DNA of 64,000 nucleotides from Escherichia phage pEC-M719-6WT.2: sequence record OQ845958.1; one strand, 5' to 3'. Shown piece by piece: positions 62,678 to 64,000 of this stretch (position 1 is its first letter; each line of letters starts with the position of its first letter). The notes under the pieces were generated by a model. It saw only the letters and a program-made list of their open reading frames with translations, ran no database searches and was not told where the DNA came from. The position numbers and the translations under genes were made by a program.

Positions 62678-63286
62678 ATGAACAAGCTAAATTATATCGT
62701 TAAATGCTCCCAGAACGCTCTACATGAGACTGATGTTAATGCTCTGGTGTTTGTATACAAAAACAACTTCGTGCGTCCTGAGGTTGTTTTAGGCCAGCAG
62801 AACACGTCAATTGATAGCGTGCAGACATTGTTGAATAACAACTATGTTGAAGCTTCTGGTGATGGTTTGATGGTTACAGAAAAAGGTGTTGACCTTATTC
62901 TGGATGCAGCTGAACTGTGGGCGAATGAAAATAATCCTGACCTTCTGGAAGTGAAGAAGACAAGAACAAAACGCGGTGTGACTGATGAAATGGAAGCGAC
63001 TGCAGAATATATCAAAGAGCAATTATTGTCTATTGGTATTGACTTTAAGAGCATTTCAGAAGACCGCAGCAATCTGATTGTGAAGTTCAAGCGTATCAAG
63101 ACATTAAAACAGATTGATGTACGTCGTGATGGTCAGATTCGTGTGCATGCGTATAATACTGAACAAAAGATAGTAAAACAGTTTACAGACGTGGGATTTA
63201 GCGTTAAAGTAGGTGGATTGAATACCTACATTGACAATCATATGTCAACTGAAAACATTCAACATGTTATTAACATCTTAAAGTGA
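62678..63286 (+). CDS. hypothetical protein
   Basis: 202 aa. Confidence 0.5.
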   Translation: MNKLNYIVKCSQNALHETDVNALVFVYKNNFVRPEVVLGQQNTSIDSVQTLLNNNYVEASGDGLMVTEKGVDLILDAAELWANENNPDLLEVKKTRTKRGVTDEMEATAEYIKEQLLSIGIDFKSISEDRSNLIVKFKRIKTLKQIDVRRDGQIRVHAYNTEQKIVKQFTDVGFSVKVGGLNTYIDNHMSTENIQHVINILK

Positions 63287-63293
63287 GGAAATT

Positions 63294-63623
63294 ATGAATA
63301 AGCTGAATATTGTTAATGAATTGCGTGCTTGTGTAGAACCCACTCAAGAGGGTTGGGATGTTTGGTATCATGGCGCTTACCTTGGAACTATTGTCAAGGT
63401 CAAAGCTGGTCAGTATCTTATCCATCGCCAAGATGATACAGCACCATTTGGTGCTCGCAAGAACTTCATGGCAGCGATTGGCGCCTTTGTTCCAGCAGCA
63501 TATGAAGTCTATAAAGCTGACTATAAAGAATACCTGGAATCACAACCAGTTATTCGCTCAATTGGTGTTAATAAAGCTCAACAGAAAAGTCTGTGGCAAC
63601 GTGTTAAAGGTTGGTTCAAATGA
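63294..63623 (+). CDS. hypothetical protein
   Basis: 109 aa. Confidence 0.45.
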   Translation: MNKLNIVNELRACVEPTQEGWDVWYHGAYLGTIVKVKAGQYLIHRQDDTAPFGARKNFMAAIGAFVPAAYEVYKADYKEYLESQPVIRSIGVNKAQQKSLWQRVKGWFK

Positions 63624-63958
63624 TTCCTATGGAACTAAACTGGGATGGCGAAGGTCATTCCCTTAAATTGATTGAAGAACAACGTAACGCTTGGGATGAG
63701 CGCTGTGCCCTGGTGAATGGTATTAAGAAAACTTATCAACTTAACCTCCAGATTGATAATGTTACTCTTGAATTTGGTATGCAGCTATTGCGATTTCTTG
63801 AGCTTATTTTTACGGAAAAAGTGAATATAACTTCGTATGGCGAAGGCAAAACAGTTGATATTAAATTATCATCCTATTATAAAGGTGATTTAATTGAAAC
63901 CGCCGCTAAAATTCAAGAATTCGCTAAAGATAACGGTTATAAGGTGATTTTCAAATGA
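63611..63958 (+). CDS. hypothetical protein
   Basis: 115 aa. Confidence 0.45.
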   Translation: MVQMIPMELNWDGEGHSLKLIEEQRNAWDERCALVNGIKKTYQLNLQIDNVTLEFGMQLLRFLELIFTEKVNITSYGEGKTVDIKLSSYYKGDLIETAAKIQEFAKDNGYKVIFK

Positions 63959-64000
63959 ATCCATTAAAAGGTAAAGCGTTATCCTTTAAAGACCGTATGG
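63955..64000 (+). CDS. hypothetical protein (5-prime fragment, runs off window)
   Basis: ATG at 63955 overlapping upstream stop (ATGA); ORF open to window end. Confidence 0.3.
   Translation, partial: MNPLKGKALSFKDRM

Noticed and set aside
1-64000. CRISPR arrays, tRNA/rRNA genes, integrase or transposase
   Set aside because: No regularly spaced direct repeats with unique spacers, no cloverleaf-like tRNA structures I could recognise by eye, and no recombinase motifs; short repeats present are promoter/leader cassettes. A tRNA scan was not possible and should be run.

Overview
This 64 kb window is a contiguous early/middle-gene block of a T4-like (Tevenvirinae-type) myovirus genome. About 130 genes are tightly packed, many with ATGA/TAATG start-stop overlaps, and all but two are on the + strand. 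Gene order is co-linear with phage T4 in reverse map orientation: rI/tk, nrdC, 49, nrdD-nrdG, nrdH-like, 55, 47-46, rpbA, 45-44-62, regA, 43, imm-like, uvsX, 40, 41, sp, 61, 56, soc, two ModA/ModB-type ADP-ribosyltransferases, an srd-position gene, dda, dexA, a fused topoisomerase 39(+60), rIIA, rIIB and 52. Between these conserved cores lie many small genes of unknown function. Transcription signals are visible directly: a repeated sigma70-like early promoter (GTGTACA, 17 nt, TATAAT) with a conserved leader, UUCG-tetraloop intrinsic terminators, four exact T4 late promoters (TATAAATA) and the gene-49 hairpin/late-promoter arrangement. No rRNA, tRNA, CRISPR array, integrase or transposase was recognised. 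The most interesting items are a late-promoter-driven 55 aa peptide with an N-terminus resembling the T4 capsid-targeting sequence, a minus-strand collagen-like gene, a Pol-beta-type nucleotidyltransferase, palindromic promoter duplicates, and the absence of alpha-gt, beta-gt, gene 42 and dam at their T4 positions while a gp56-like gene is kept. Identifications rest on motif reading, protein length, synteny and my recollection of T4 proteins; no database search was run. Coordinates of features not taken from the ORF track were counted by hand and may be off by 1-2 nt.
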